Shown piece by piece: positions 56,135 through 64,000 of a DNA stretch of 64,000 nt (positions within the stretch are counted from its first letter, which is position 1; each line of letters starts with the position of its first letter). The position numbers and the translations under genes are program-made. The DNA is from a virus, in the IMG/VR virus record IMGVR_UViG_3300020438_005287, positions 5,661 to 69,660 of that record. One strand, written 5' to 3'. The notes beneath the pieces were generated by a model that saw nothing but the letters and a program-made list of their open reading frames with translations, was not told where the DNA came from and searched no databases.

Positions 56135-58068
56135 TATTTTGCCTTCCTAAAAGTATCTATTGTTTCACTATATTTCTCTTCAACTTGTGGTGTTCTAGTT
56201 GTGCTATCTGTTTTATCTCTATAAAACATTTCTGGTTTTAAATTTTCATGACTATAATAAGGTTCGTGCATTGGTATACGAATTGGAAGATATGCAGGAT
56301 CTGTGAGTTCAGGCAAAACAGCATCTTGAGCGTTTGCTGCTGCTAGTGCAGTAGGTCCATTTGTACCTCTTTCCGATCCACTACCAAATTGTTGAATTTG
56401 ACTCATTTTGTTTAAAGGTGCATTGTATTCATTGCTACTGCCAGCTGTTATAAAATTTTTGTTAGCTGATTTAACATGATTCGCATTCATAGCAGTAAAA
56501 AAATTATTTTTTGCTTTAACCGTTGCATTAACATCAGCATATATTCTTAAATGCTTATCACTTTTGATATGCATGTCTGTACCAGAATGCTGATAAAATT
56601 CTTCTCCTGATTTTTGATCAAATGTAGTATCTGCAGCATGATAAGTTTTTTTATTACTGTGCTGATGTATATTACGCTTGGCTAATAAAAAGAAATCTCT
56701 GTCAAATGTGGCATGGCCGTCTTGTGATACTTCTAATTTGAAATCTCCAAGTTTAGGATGTGTACCAACTTTCCAATATACATCTCTACTAACATCTATA
56801 TAAAGATTATCACCTGGCTGATCAACAGTAGGCAGTGATTCAAATGAATCCCATTTCCAAGTACCATCTTCATTTTTTATTCCTAATTCCGGTCTTAACG
56901 ACGGATCTTTTTTAACTTCTGCTGTACCTACTTTCCAATGTGTTCTATTTCCAGATTCAAGTCGCATTTGTTCATTAGCTTTTATGTTAACATTTCCTGC
57001 TGCTTCTAAATTAATATCTCTTTTTGCTTTTACATTGAAATCATTTTCAGTATGTACACTTACACTGTCTTTTGCATATATATCAATTTTTCCATTACTT
57101 GTTAATTCTATCCATGCAGTACCCTGTGCATTAATTACGTATATTAAATCCTCTGTATTGTGTAATAAAATTTGATGACCAGTCCTTGTTTTTAACCTTA
57201 CTAGTTCATTGTGTAATAATGTTGGATCTCCACTTTTGTCATTTGCTTCTACTTTTGCATAATCAGGAGGGTCTGTGCTTGCTGATTTTTTACGTAATAT
57301 TTTTTCATCTCCATCATCCATTACTAAACTTGTACCACCTAGCCTGCTCCAGGGAATATTAGCTTGAGCATATTTCTCTCCATATTTAACTTTTGGTTTG
57401 CCATCACGCCTATCTAGAGGTCCAGGTGTGCTCCAACCAAAAACCATACTAGGCACTTCTCTCCTAGCACTACTTGTATTAGTGCCTCTCATTTGGTCAT
57501 CTTGTATACCTTGATTTGTTATAATATCTAGATGATCTTTTGCATGAGATTTTTCAAATTGTGTAGGATCATTCCCTTTACCGGCTGGTTTGGATCGAAT
57601 TATTTTTTTATTATATTCTGCAACAGGAATCATCTTACTTTTATCAGTGTCATTGTAAGTAGTTGCAGCATATCCTGGCATCATAAAATTCATAAAATGA
57701 TCTTGAACACATCCTATCCAGTATCCATGACTGTAATTATTTTCTGCCATTAGCACTAATACTTTTACACCAATATCAGGAGGAATAGCCCACATACCAT
57801 AACTTTTTTGTGTGTTATCATATCCATCGTTAACATTAACACCCTCTCTTGGAGTTACTCCCATAAATGGGCTTACATATGTGCAAGGAATAAAATATCC
57901 ACTGCTTTCTTCATTAGCACCTATACCAGAATTTTTAAGAATTTCTACCTCAATACTTCCCATATATTCTACATCTAGATGATTAACAATTTTACCAATA
58001 TATGGTCCAGTACTGGTCATCCAATCTGGTTTTACAGCCCTAGTTTGTTGATTTCTTGCTTGGTACAT
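56134..58068 (-). CDS. Baseplate central spike, gp5/VgrG-like
   Basis: N-terminal OB-fold (YGMWAIPPDIGVKVLV...YWIGCV), RLKTRTGHQILLH, beta-helix repeats and C-terminal PMHEPYYSHE. Confidence 0.75.
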   Translation of the reverse strand: MYQARNQQTRAVKPDWMTSTGPYIGKIVNHLDVEYMGSIEVEILKNSGIGANEESSGYFIPCTYVSPFMGVTPREGVNVNDGYDNTQKSYGMWAIPPDIGVKVLVLMAENNYSHGYWIGCVQDHFMNFMMPGYAATTYNDTDKSKMIPVAEYNKKIIRSKPAGKGNDPTQFEKSHAKDHLDIITNQGIQDDQMRGTNTSSARREVPSMVFGWSTPGPLDRRDGKPKVKYGEKYAQANIPWSRLGGTSLVMDDGDEKILRKKSASTDPPDYAKVEANDKSGDPTLLHNELVRLKTRTGHQILLHNTEDLIYVINAQGTAWIELTSNGKIDIYAKDSVSVHTENDFNVKAKRDINLEAAGNVNIKANEQMRLESGNRTHWKVGTAEVKKDPSLRPELGIKNEDGTWKWDSFESLPTVDQPGDNLYIDVSRDVYWKVGTHPKLGDFKLEVSQDGHATFDRDFFLLAKRNIHQHSNKKTYHAADTTFDQKSGEEFYQHSGTDMHIKSDKHLRIYADVNATVKAKNNFFTAMNANHVKSANKNFITAGSSNEYNAPLNKMSQIQQFGSGSERGTNGPTALAAANAQDAVLPELTDPAYLPIRIPMHEPYYSHENLKPEMFYRDKTDSTTRTPQVEEKYSETIDTFRKAK

Positions 58069-58075
58069 ATACCTA

Positions 58076-60445
58076 TTAATCCCGTTTAAATGATGACGTG
58101 CTTGTTTTTCTTAACCGAGCTACTTCTGCATCAACTGTTTCTCTTACTGCTTGCACTTGTGTTTGTACTCTTTCTTTTGCTGCAGCTACCATAGATCCAA
58201 GACTTTCATCCGGCTTAACATTATATCCACCAGGTGTCATATCTCTTACTTTTGCTATTTCTTCAGCATCAAAAGCAAGATCTTCTGCAAGTTTATTAAC
58301 TTCAGGTGCTACAGTATCTAATCCTTTTTGGTTTCGTCGTCTAATAAGTTTTAAATCTTGAGTAAATACTCCGTCTGAAAAATTGTTTATACATTGAATT
58401 ACTTGATATATGCCACTAAATTGCCTAATTTTCTCAAATTGAGTAATATACCCTTCTTCTGAATAATCAATAGGTGTTTGAAAATTTACTAATATATCTG
58501 TTTCACTACGTTGATAATCCATAGTTCCGTCAGCTGTAATATTAATAATAGGTGTTGCATCAGCTGCATAATTACCCATTCCGCTATCTGCTATGAAATA
58601 CGGGTCTCCTAGTATTTTTATATCAGCCATAATTAAATCTACAGAACTGTTTAAGAGTGCATCTGAAAAATCTCTTGCCATTGTAGTTTCAACTTCATCA
58701 TTATTGCCTGCTTTGCTACTACTACTTTGAACAACTTCTTCTTTTATGGTAGTATTGATATTCTTATTTTCAATTTGTCCTCTTTCTGCTATTTGTGAAT
58801 TCCTGCTGATTACTTGATCTGCAGTTGCTTCTTGATTAGATTTAGCAGTGATTTGCCTACTACCTTTCATACTTGCCAATGCGGTAAAAAATGCCTTGTC
58901 AAACTTTATATCAAATTCTAATACATCATCATTTAACCCAGAATAAATGTAATTATATTCTTTCACACATTGTTTTTCTAGAGCTGCTAGTCCGAAAGAT
59001 GATTCTGTGCTATGTCCAAATCTATTAAGATGGACCATATGTGGTATAACACGATACACATATACTTTAGGTAATTCTCCTGAACTTCTTTCCTGTTCCT
59101 TATTATCTACTAAGAACACATGACTTTCTATTTTGAACCAAGGAATCATTCCATTTCCATCTGGTTTTACTTCACTTATCTTCCGTCCATAATCACTTAA
59201 TAGAATAATTTCTTCAATCATTTCTTGAATTGACATTCCTCTAGGAAAACTTATACTAGTGCGAGATGGATCTATTTGAATATTATCTCGAACGAATACT
59301 CCGTCTTTTTCTACAAATCCAGGGCGACCAAACGGTCTTCTTTTGACTAATTCTTTATTATCAATTAATTTTGCTAATGCAATTTCATTTACATTTGATT
59401 CATTTTCATAATGTTTCCTTATTGATTCTCCTATTGTGCTTTTACGCACCACAATTCCTAGGAATTGACTTAAATCCACATCAAAATCCGCTGGCATTTT
59501 TCCCTCTTCTCCGCCTACAGAAAGATACACTTGTTTTTTCCTATCTGAGGACAGACTTCTCTGTGCACTTGCATTACTGGCTGCTGGATTAACATCAGCA
59601 CTGCTCGCATATTTGCTTAATTCATCTCGAGTTCCGACCTCCTTCGGAAATGTAATAATATATTGATTGCCAAAATTGATTTCTCCGTTGTTTTTCCTTT
59701 GTTCTTCACGCTCGTTAAACACACTTGAAATACTTTTTCCGCCTTTTAAACAACACTCATGTACATTGATTCCTGTAATCGTATAATCTATTTTACTATT
59801 CTGGACAGCACTTGAAAATGATTGTTCGTTGTAAGGTATGCCTAACACAGTATAACTACTGCCTGATTCATTTACAGTAAAATCAATATTAACAAACTTA
59901 AATGGAAACATTCTTCTCAATTTGTTTGTATAGTCATTATCTATTTTAACTCCATCAGTATCCCAACCTACAAATTCTACTTCCAATAAGTAAGGAGCTT
60001 CTAGATAATCCCTATAGCCTGCATTATCAGCTGCGTTTTGTATTGTTTCTAAAAACATTCCCATACTATAAGGTTCAAAAATTTCAAACTGTAAACTTGT
60101 TGCATTAGTTAATCTAGTTTTTATAGTTGGTGCTACTAAACTTTTTATTTGTAAATTATCTATAAAAAACTCACGTTGTCTCGGTGAAGATGATGGTACA
60201 CCTCCACCTGATTTTAAAATTTTATGAGTAACATTTCCTTTTCTATAAGTTCCGTGTGGATTATGTAATTCGTCTATAGTTAGGCAACTCATTGTAAAAA
60301 TATAATTAAAACTTGAAAATATCCTCAAATCATTTGGCAAAAGTGCTGTTGCTTCTTTTTCTTCGTCAACTGATTTCGTAGCAGTGGGAGTAGATTGCTT
60401 ATCTGTACTACTAAATTCTTTTTCTACATCTATTTTTGCTGCCAT
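58076..60445 (-). CDS. Baseplate hub protein (gp27-like), putative
   Basis: Sits between gp53 and the spike; FEIFEPYS, IKILGDP.F and FSGIYQVIQCINNFSDGVFTQDLKLIR hub-type C-terminus. Confidence 0.6.
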   Translation of the reverse strand: MAAKIDVEKEFSSTDKQSTPTATKSVDEEKEATALLPNDLRIFSSFNYIFTMSCLTIDELHNPHGTYRKGNVTHKILKSGGGVPSSSPRQREFFIDNLQIKSLVAPTIKTRLTNATSLQFEIFEPYSMGMFLETIQNAADNAGYRDYLEAPYLLEVEFVGWDTDGVKIDNDYTNKLRRMFPFKFVNIDFTVNESGSSYTVLGIPYNEQSFSSAVQNSKIDYTITGINVHECCLKGGKSISSVFNEREEQRKNNGEINFGNQYIITFPKEVGTRDELSKYASSADVNPAASNASAQRSLSSDRKKQVYLSVGGEEGKMPADFDVDLSQFLGIVVRKSTIGESIRKHYENESNVNEIALAKLIDNKELVKRRPFGRPGFVEKDGVFVRDNIQIDPSRTSISFPRGMSIQEMIEEIILLSDYGRKISEVKPDGNGMIPWFKIESHVFLVDNKEQERSSGELPKVYVYRVIPHMVHLNRFGHSTESSFGLAALEKQCVKEYNYIYSGLNDDVLEFDIKFDKAFFTALASMKGSRQITAKSNQEATADQVISRNSQIAERGQIENKNINTTIKEEVVQSSSSKAGNNDEVETTMARDFSDALLNSSVDLIMADIKILGDPYFIADSGMGNYAADATPIINITADGTMDYQRSETDILVNFQTPIDYSEEGYITQFEKIRQFSGIYQVIQCINNFSDGVFTQDLKLIRRRNQKGLDTVAPEVNKLAEDLAFDAEEIAKVRDMTPGGYNVKPDESLGSMVAAAKERVQTQVQAVRETVDAEVARLRKTSTSSFKRD

Positions 60446-60747
60446 TATGTTGCCATAAACTGCTTTAGATTACTAGGTTTAGGTAAAAATATCCTAACAC
60501 CGGCTTCAAAATCATATATTGGATCTATTAAAACATTCATATTTCTCTGTGCAAATACCCACCATAAATTATGATTTTCATATATATCGTGTGCCAACAA
60601 ATCAGGTCTGTGTGTATACTGCTCCTGTATGACATATGGTATGTCGTCACTTTCTGCAGGTATAGATCGAATAGATAATATATCTAAATATCTTTCGTTA
60701 ACAATATTTGTATCATGCCATGGACTGTATGCTCTATATGTACTCAT
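60445..60747 (-). CDS. gp53: Baseplate wedge subunit gp53-like (LysM-like)
   Basis: YTHRPDLLAHDIY....LWWVFAQRN...DPIYDF..G..IFLP. Confidence 0.8.
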   Translation of the reverse strand: MSTYRAYSPWHDTNIVNERYLDILSIRSIPAESDDIPYVIQEQYTHRPDLLAHDIYENHNLWWVFAQRNMNVLIDPIYDFEAGVRIFLPKPSNLKQFMAT

Positions 60748-61541
60748 TAGATAAATTTACCTCCTTTTGTTACATACTCTCCAGCTATGAAGCTTTCAAA
60801 ATTAAAACTTTCTACAGTTTTTCTACTATACAATGGTTGTAATTGCACTGTTATAGTAGATCTACAAGGAGCGTGAGATTCCTCACCAATAAAATTACAT
60901 TTTATATAATCAACATCATTAGGCAATTCTGTGGCAAAACTTATTAAAACTACAGGAACATCATTAAAAACATGCTTTCCGTATCCATTAAGTCTAACAA
61001 CTGGAGGAGGAGATCCCCTATCTTTTGCATCTAAGCCATATGCCATTTTTGATACAGATCTCAAATAATGGATTGCACTTAACCAATATCTTGCTTCAAA
61101 CTCTTTTTCAACTGTAAACTCTCCTGCTATTGTAATTTGATCTGTAGATGAATTTTGATATGCATAGAAAGGATAATTACTGTGAATAGGTTTAATTGCA
61201 TTATAACTTGCACTGTTAGATAAAGTTACACTAGGAGTATAAGGAAAAACCAGCTGACCGCCACTTTCTTGTAAAGGAAGCATAGCTGGTAAGTCTCCAA
61301 AAGCCATTGGCAAACTAAGCCTAACTCGCCAATCACTGTTTGTTTTCGCATCTTTAGCAGCGGATGGAGCTTTTGATGTTTCGCCTTCTTCTCCTGCAAT
61401 TATTTTAGATTTCCTTTGATTACTCATGTAATCGGTTACAGTATCTTGCGCACTTGTTACTTTACCTGTTACATAGGCACTAAAATCAGAACCAGCATTC
61501 CTTATACCGATCCCAATTTCTTGGACATTAAAAGAAGACAT
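60747..61541 (-). CDS. Baseplate/tail-tube initiator (gp48/gp54-like)
   Basis: VFPYTPSV, HSNY, PPPVVRLNGYG..VFNDVPVVLISFATELPNDVDY. Confidence 0.6.
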   Translation of the reverse strand: MSSFNVQEIGIGIRNAGSDFSAYVTGKVTSAQDTVTDYMSNQRKSKIIAGEEGETSKAPSAAKDAKTNSDWRVRLSLPMAFGDLPAMLPLQESGGQLVFPYTPSVTLSNSASYNAIKPIHSNYPFYAYQNSSTDQITIAGEFTVEKEFEARYWLSAIHYLRSVSKMAYGLDAKDRGSPPPVVRLNGYGKHVFNDVPVVLISFATELPNDVDYIKCNFIGEESHAPCRSTITVQLQPLYSRKTVESFNFESFIAGEYVTKGGKFI

Positions 61542-61568
61542 AATAAATTCCTATTAAAGTATTACAGT

Positions 61569-61576
61569 TATTTATT
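61569..61576 (-). promoter_or_regulatory. Late promoter AATAAATA heading the baseplate operon
   Basis: 27 nt upstream of ATG 61541; AGGA SD follows. Confidence 0.55.
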
Positions 61577-61603
61577 GACTTTTTTAAACACATAGTTTAT
61601 AAT
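61575..61603 (+). promoter_or_regulatory. Sigma70-type promoter TTGACT-N17-TATAAT for gp55-gp47-gp46
   Basis: -35 TTGACT at 61575-61580, 17-bp spacer, -10 TATAAT at 61598-61603; GGAG SD at 61617-61620. Confidence 0.8.
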
Positions 61604-61604
61604 A

Positions 61605-61612
61605 TATAAATA
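61605..61612 (+). promoter_or_regulatory. Consensus late promoter TATAAATA upstream of gp55
   Basis: Exact T4 late box 13 nt before ATG 61626. Confidence 0.5.
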
Positions 61613-61625
61613 ATTTGGAGCCTTC

Positions 61626-62453
61626 ATGAAAAAAATAAATTATTTAAATAACAAAGATATCTTATCAGAAATACACAAAAGCAAAAATTCTTTTTCTAGT
61701 TATTCACAACCAGAATACCATCAATTTGATTTAATTGTTAATTCATTAGATGGTATCAATCATCAAAGTATAGTTGAAGCGCAGAAAAACAGAGCAAAAA
61801 GGCTAAGTTTAGAACGTTTCGAAAGTATGAAAGAAACAACTCCTAAAATTAAGTTAGCTGATGTTGAGATTAATTACAACTCTATATCAGAAACTGAATT
61901 AATTTTCCGTGTTATGACCTATGATCATATTCCAGATGAGCCAGGTAGGAAAAAAAATCCAAAAACTATTGCTGACACTAAAACAAAATTAAACTTTCCT
62001 CCATTCCAGCATTGGAAATTTGATGATAGTAATCAACTTATATGTGTAGGTAAAAGTCATTGGAAAGATCATGTTCATTTTGGAAATTTTTCTTTAACAA
62101 ACGGTATTGCCACTGATAAATTAGCACTAATGTGGCTGAAACTATGCGACAGATATGCTACTAGAGGAAATGTAAGAGGATACACTTATAATGACGAAAT
62201 GAAAGGGCAAGCTATATTACAATTAACACAGATTGGACTACAATTTGACGAATCAAAATCTGCTAATCCTTTTGCTTACTACACTGCTGCAGTTACAAAC
62301 TCTTTTGTAAGAGTAATAAATTTAGAGAAAAGAAATCAAAATATTAGAGATGACATTCTCGAAATGAACAATATGAACCCTAGCTACACTCGTCAAGCAC
62401 AAGATGAATGGGCAGTATCTCTTAAAAGAGAACAAAATTCTAAAAATTATTAG
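61626..62453 (+). CDS. gp55: Late-transcription sigma factor gp55-like
   Basis: NYLNNKDIL.EI, NVRGYTYNDEM, FDESKSANPFAYYT...NSF.R....EK; synteny with gp47/gp46. Confidence 0.88.
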   Translation: MKKINYLNNKDILSEIHKSKNSFSSYSQPEYHQFDLIVNSLDGINHQSIVEAQKNRAKRLSLERFESMKETTPKIKLADVEINYNSISETELIFRVMTYDHIPDEPGRKKNPKTIADTKTKLNFPPFQHWKFDDSNQLICVGKSHWKDHVHFGNFSLTNGIATDKLALMWLKLCDRYATRGNVRGYTYNDEMKGQAILQLTQIGLQFDESKSANPFAYYTAAVTNSFVRVINLEKRNQNIRDDILEMNNMNPSYTRQAQDEWAVSLKREQNSKNY

Positions 62454-62467
62454 AGAAAAAGGTCTTA

Positions 62468-63478
62468 TTGTTTAAAAAAGCGGCTGTATTTACTGACATA
62501 CACTTTGGCTTAAAAGGCAACAGTAAAACACATAATTTAGATTGTGAAAACTTTATAGATTGGTTTATCAAACAAGCACATGAACACGGATGTGAAAGTG
62601 GTATATTCTGTGGTGATTGGCATCATAATCGAAATCATTTAAATCTTACCACAATGTCAGCTACTATTCGTAGCCTTGAAAAACTTGGAAATAATTTTGA
62701 TAATTTTTTTATTTTTACAGGTAATCATGATTTGTATTATAAAGATAAAAGAGATATACATTCGGTAAATTTTTCTAGACATATACCAGGTATTACTTTA
62801 ATAAATGATTTTTATCAAGAAGATGATGTAGCATTAGTGCCTTGGTTAGTAGACGACGAATGGAAGAAAATACCAGAATGTAAAGCAAAATATATGTTTG
62901 GGCATTTTGAACTACCTAACTTCTATATGAACGCTATGGTCAAAATGCCTGAGCACGGAGAACTAAGAAACAGCCACTTTAAAAATCAAGAGTACGTGTT
63001 CAGTGGACACTTCCACAAACGACAACAACAGAGAAATATACACTATATAGGCAATGCTTTTCCACATAATTATGCAGATGCTTGGGACGATCAGCGTGGT
63101 ATGATGATACTAGACAAAGAAAATGCCAAAGATCCTGTATATATTACTTGGACTGAAGCTCCAAAATATAGAACAACTACACTAAGTTCTCTTTTAGATC
63201 CTACAAATAATATTATCAAATCTAATATGTATCTACGTGTTACAATAGATTTGCCAATTTCTTACGAAGAAGCACAATTTATAAAAGAAACTTATATAAA
63301 TCAACATGCTTGTAGAGAAGTTACACTTATTCCCAAAAAACAAATAGAAGAAATTTCAACCGAATTAGATATTAGCCAATTTCAATCAGTTGACGAAATT
63401 GTGTCTAAAGAAATAAATGAAATAGATAGCAAAAGTTTTGATAAAAAACTTTTATTAGATATATACAACGAACTTTAA
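62468..63478 (+). CDS. gp47: Recombination endonuclease subunit gp47 (Mre11/SbcD-like)
   Basis: Metallophosphoesterase motifs DIHFG, GDWHH, GNHD, GHFE and SGHFH. Confidence 0.93.
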   Translation: MFKKAAVFTDIHFGLKGNSKTHNLDCENFIDWFIKQAHEHGCESGIFCGDWHHNRNHLNLTTMSATIRSLEKLGNNFDNFFIFTGNHDLYYKDKRDIHSVNFSRHIPGITLINDFYQEDDVALVPWLVDDEWKKIPECKAKYMFGHFELPNFYMNAMVKMPEHGELRNSHFKNQEYVFSGHFHKRQQQRNIHYIGNAFPHNYADAWDDQRGMMILDKENAKDPVYITWTEAPKYRTTTLSSLLDPTNNIIKSNMYLRVTIDLPISYEEAQFIKETYINQHACREVTLIPKKQIEEISTELDISQFQSVDEIVSKEINEIDSKSFDKKLLLDIYNEL

Positions 63479-63479
63479 C

Positions 63480-64000
63480 ATGATTATAATTAAAAATTTA
63501 ACTGTAAAAAACTTCATGAGTGTAGGAAATCAAACACAGGGAGTAAACTTCAACAGTGAAAATCTTACATTAGTACTTGGAGAAAATCTTGATCAAGGTG
63601 GCGATGATGCTGGCTCACGTAACGGCACAGGCAAAACTACTATAATAAATGCTTTATCATATGCATTGTATGGTCAAGCTTTGACAAATATCAAACGTAA
63701 TAATCTTATTAATAAAACTAATAACAAAGGAATGATTGTTACACTATGTTTTGAAAAAAATAATCAAACGTACAGAATTGAAAGAGGTCGATCCCCTAAT
63801 TTGTTAAAATTTTTTATAAATGACCAAGAGCAAGAATTAGTAGACGAAAGCCAAGGAGACAGTCGCCGTACGCAGGATTTTATCAATGATTTATTAGGTA
63901 TGAGTCATGATATGTTTAAGCATATAGTTGCTCTAAACACATATACAGAGCCATTTCTTAGTATGCGACAAAATGATCAACGAATGATTATAGAACAGTT
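63480..64000 (+). CDS. gp46: Recombination ATPase subunit gp46 (Rad50/SbcC-like), 3' end truncated by the window edge
   Basis: Hand-translated from ATG 63480: MIIIKNLTVKNFMSVGN...GENLDQGGDDAGSRNGTGKTTIINALSYALYG (Walker A). Confidence 0.93.
   Translation, partial: MIIIKNLTVKNFMSVGNQTQGVNFNSENLTLVLGENLDQGGDDAGSRNGTGKTTIINALSYALYGQALTNIKRNNLINKTNNKGMIVTLCFEKNNQTYRIERGRSPNLLKFFINDQEQELVDESQGDSRRTQDFINDLLGMSHDMFKHIVALNTYTEPFLSMRQNDQRMIIEQ

Noticed and set aside
3099-59592. Many short + strand ORFs (60-124 aa) in the track, and short alternative-frame - strand ORFs (11452, 23867, 50112)
   Set aside because: They lie antisense to or inside long motif-bearing genes, lack SD sites or motifs, and are typical shadow ORFs.
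1-64000. Stop-codon reassignment, introns/inteins, tRNAs, IS elements
   Set aside because: The standard code gives near-complete coding density including a 5422-aa ORF, and TAA, TAG and TGA all end genes. No intein, homing-endonuclease, transposase or cloverleaf signature was seen, and intergenic gaps are mostly too short.

Overview
AT-rich fragment of a large T4-superfamily (jumbo-type) myovirus genome, read in the standard genetic code. At the right end (+ strand) are the late sigma factor gp55 and the recombination nuclease gp47/gp46. From 61541 leftward runs an almost uninterrupted minus-strand late block: tail-tube initiator, gp53, hub, gp5 spike, gp25, gp6, a 5422-aa gp7-like wedge protein and three paralogous tail-fibre-type proteins. 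This block runs directly into a ~28-kb enzyme cluster that continues off the left edge. The cluster holds 9 radical-SAM enzymes in three subtypes, 4 clear and 2 probable glycosyltransferases, a UDP-glucose/GDP-mannose-type dehydrogenase, 4 2OG-Fe(II) oxygenases, 2 methyltransferases, 2 SGNH-like proteins, a QueC-like ATPase, a nitroreductase, an isochorismatase-like hydrolase and an acyl desaturase. The best-supported reading (an inference) is a late-expressed, phage-encoded pathway that builds and tailors an unusual glycan or other post-translational decoration on the virion. T4-type late promoter boxes (nATAAATA) precede several genes, including a perfect 18-bp palindrome with an ATG at each end. 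No tRNA, rRNA, CRISPR array or IS element could be supported. All family calls come from motif reading by eye; no database search was run.
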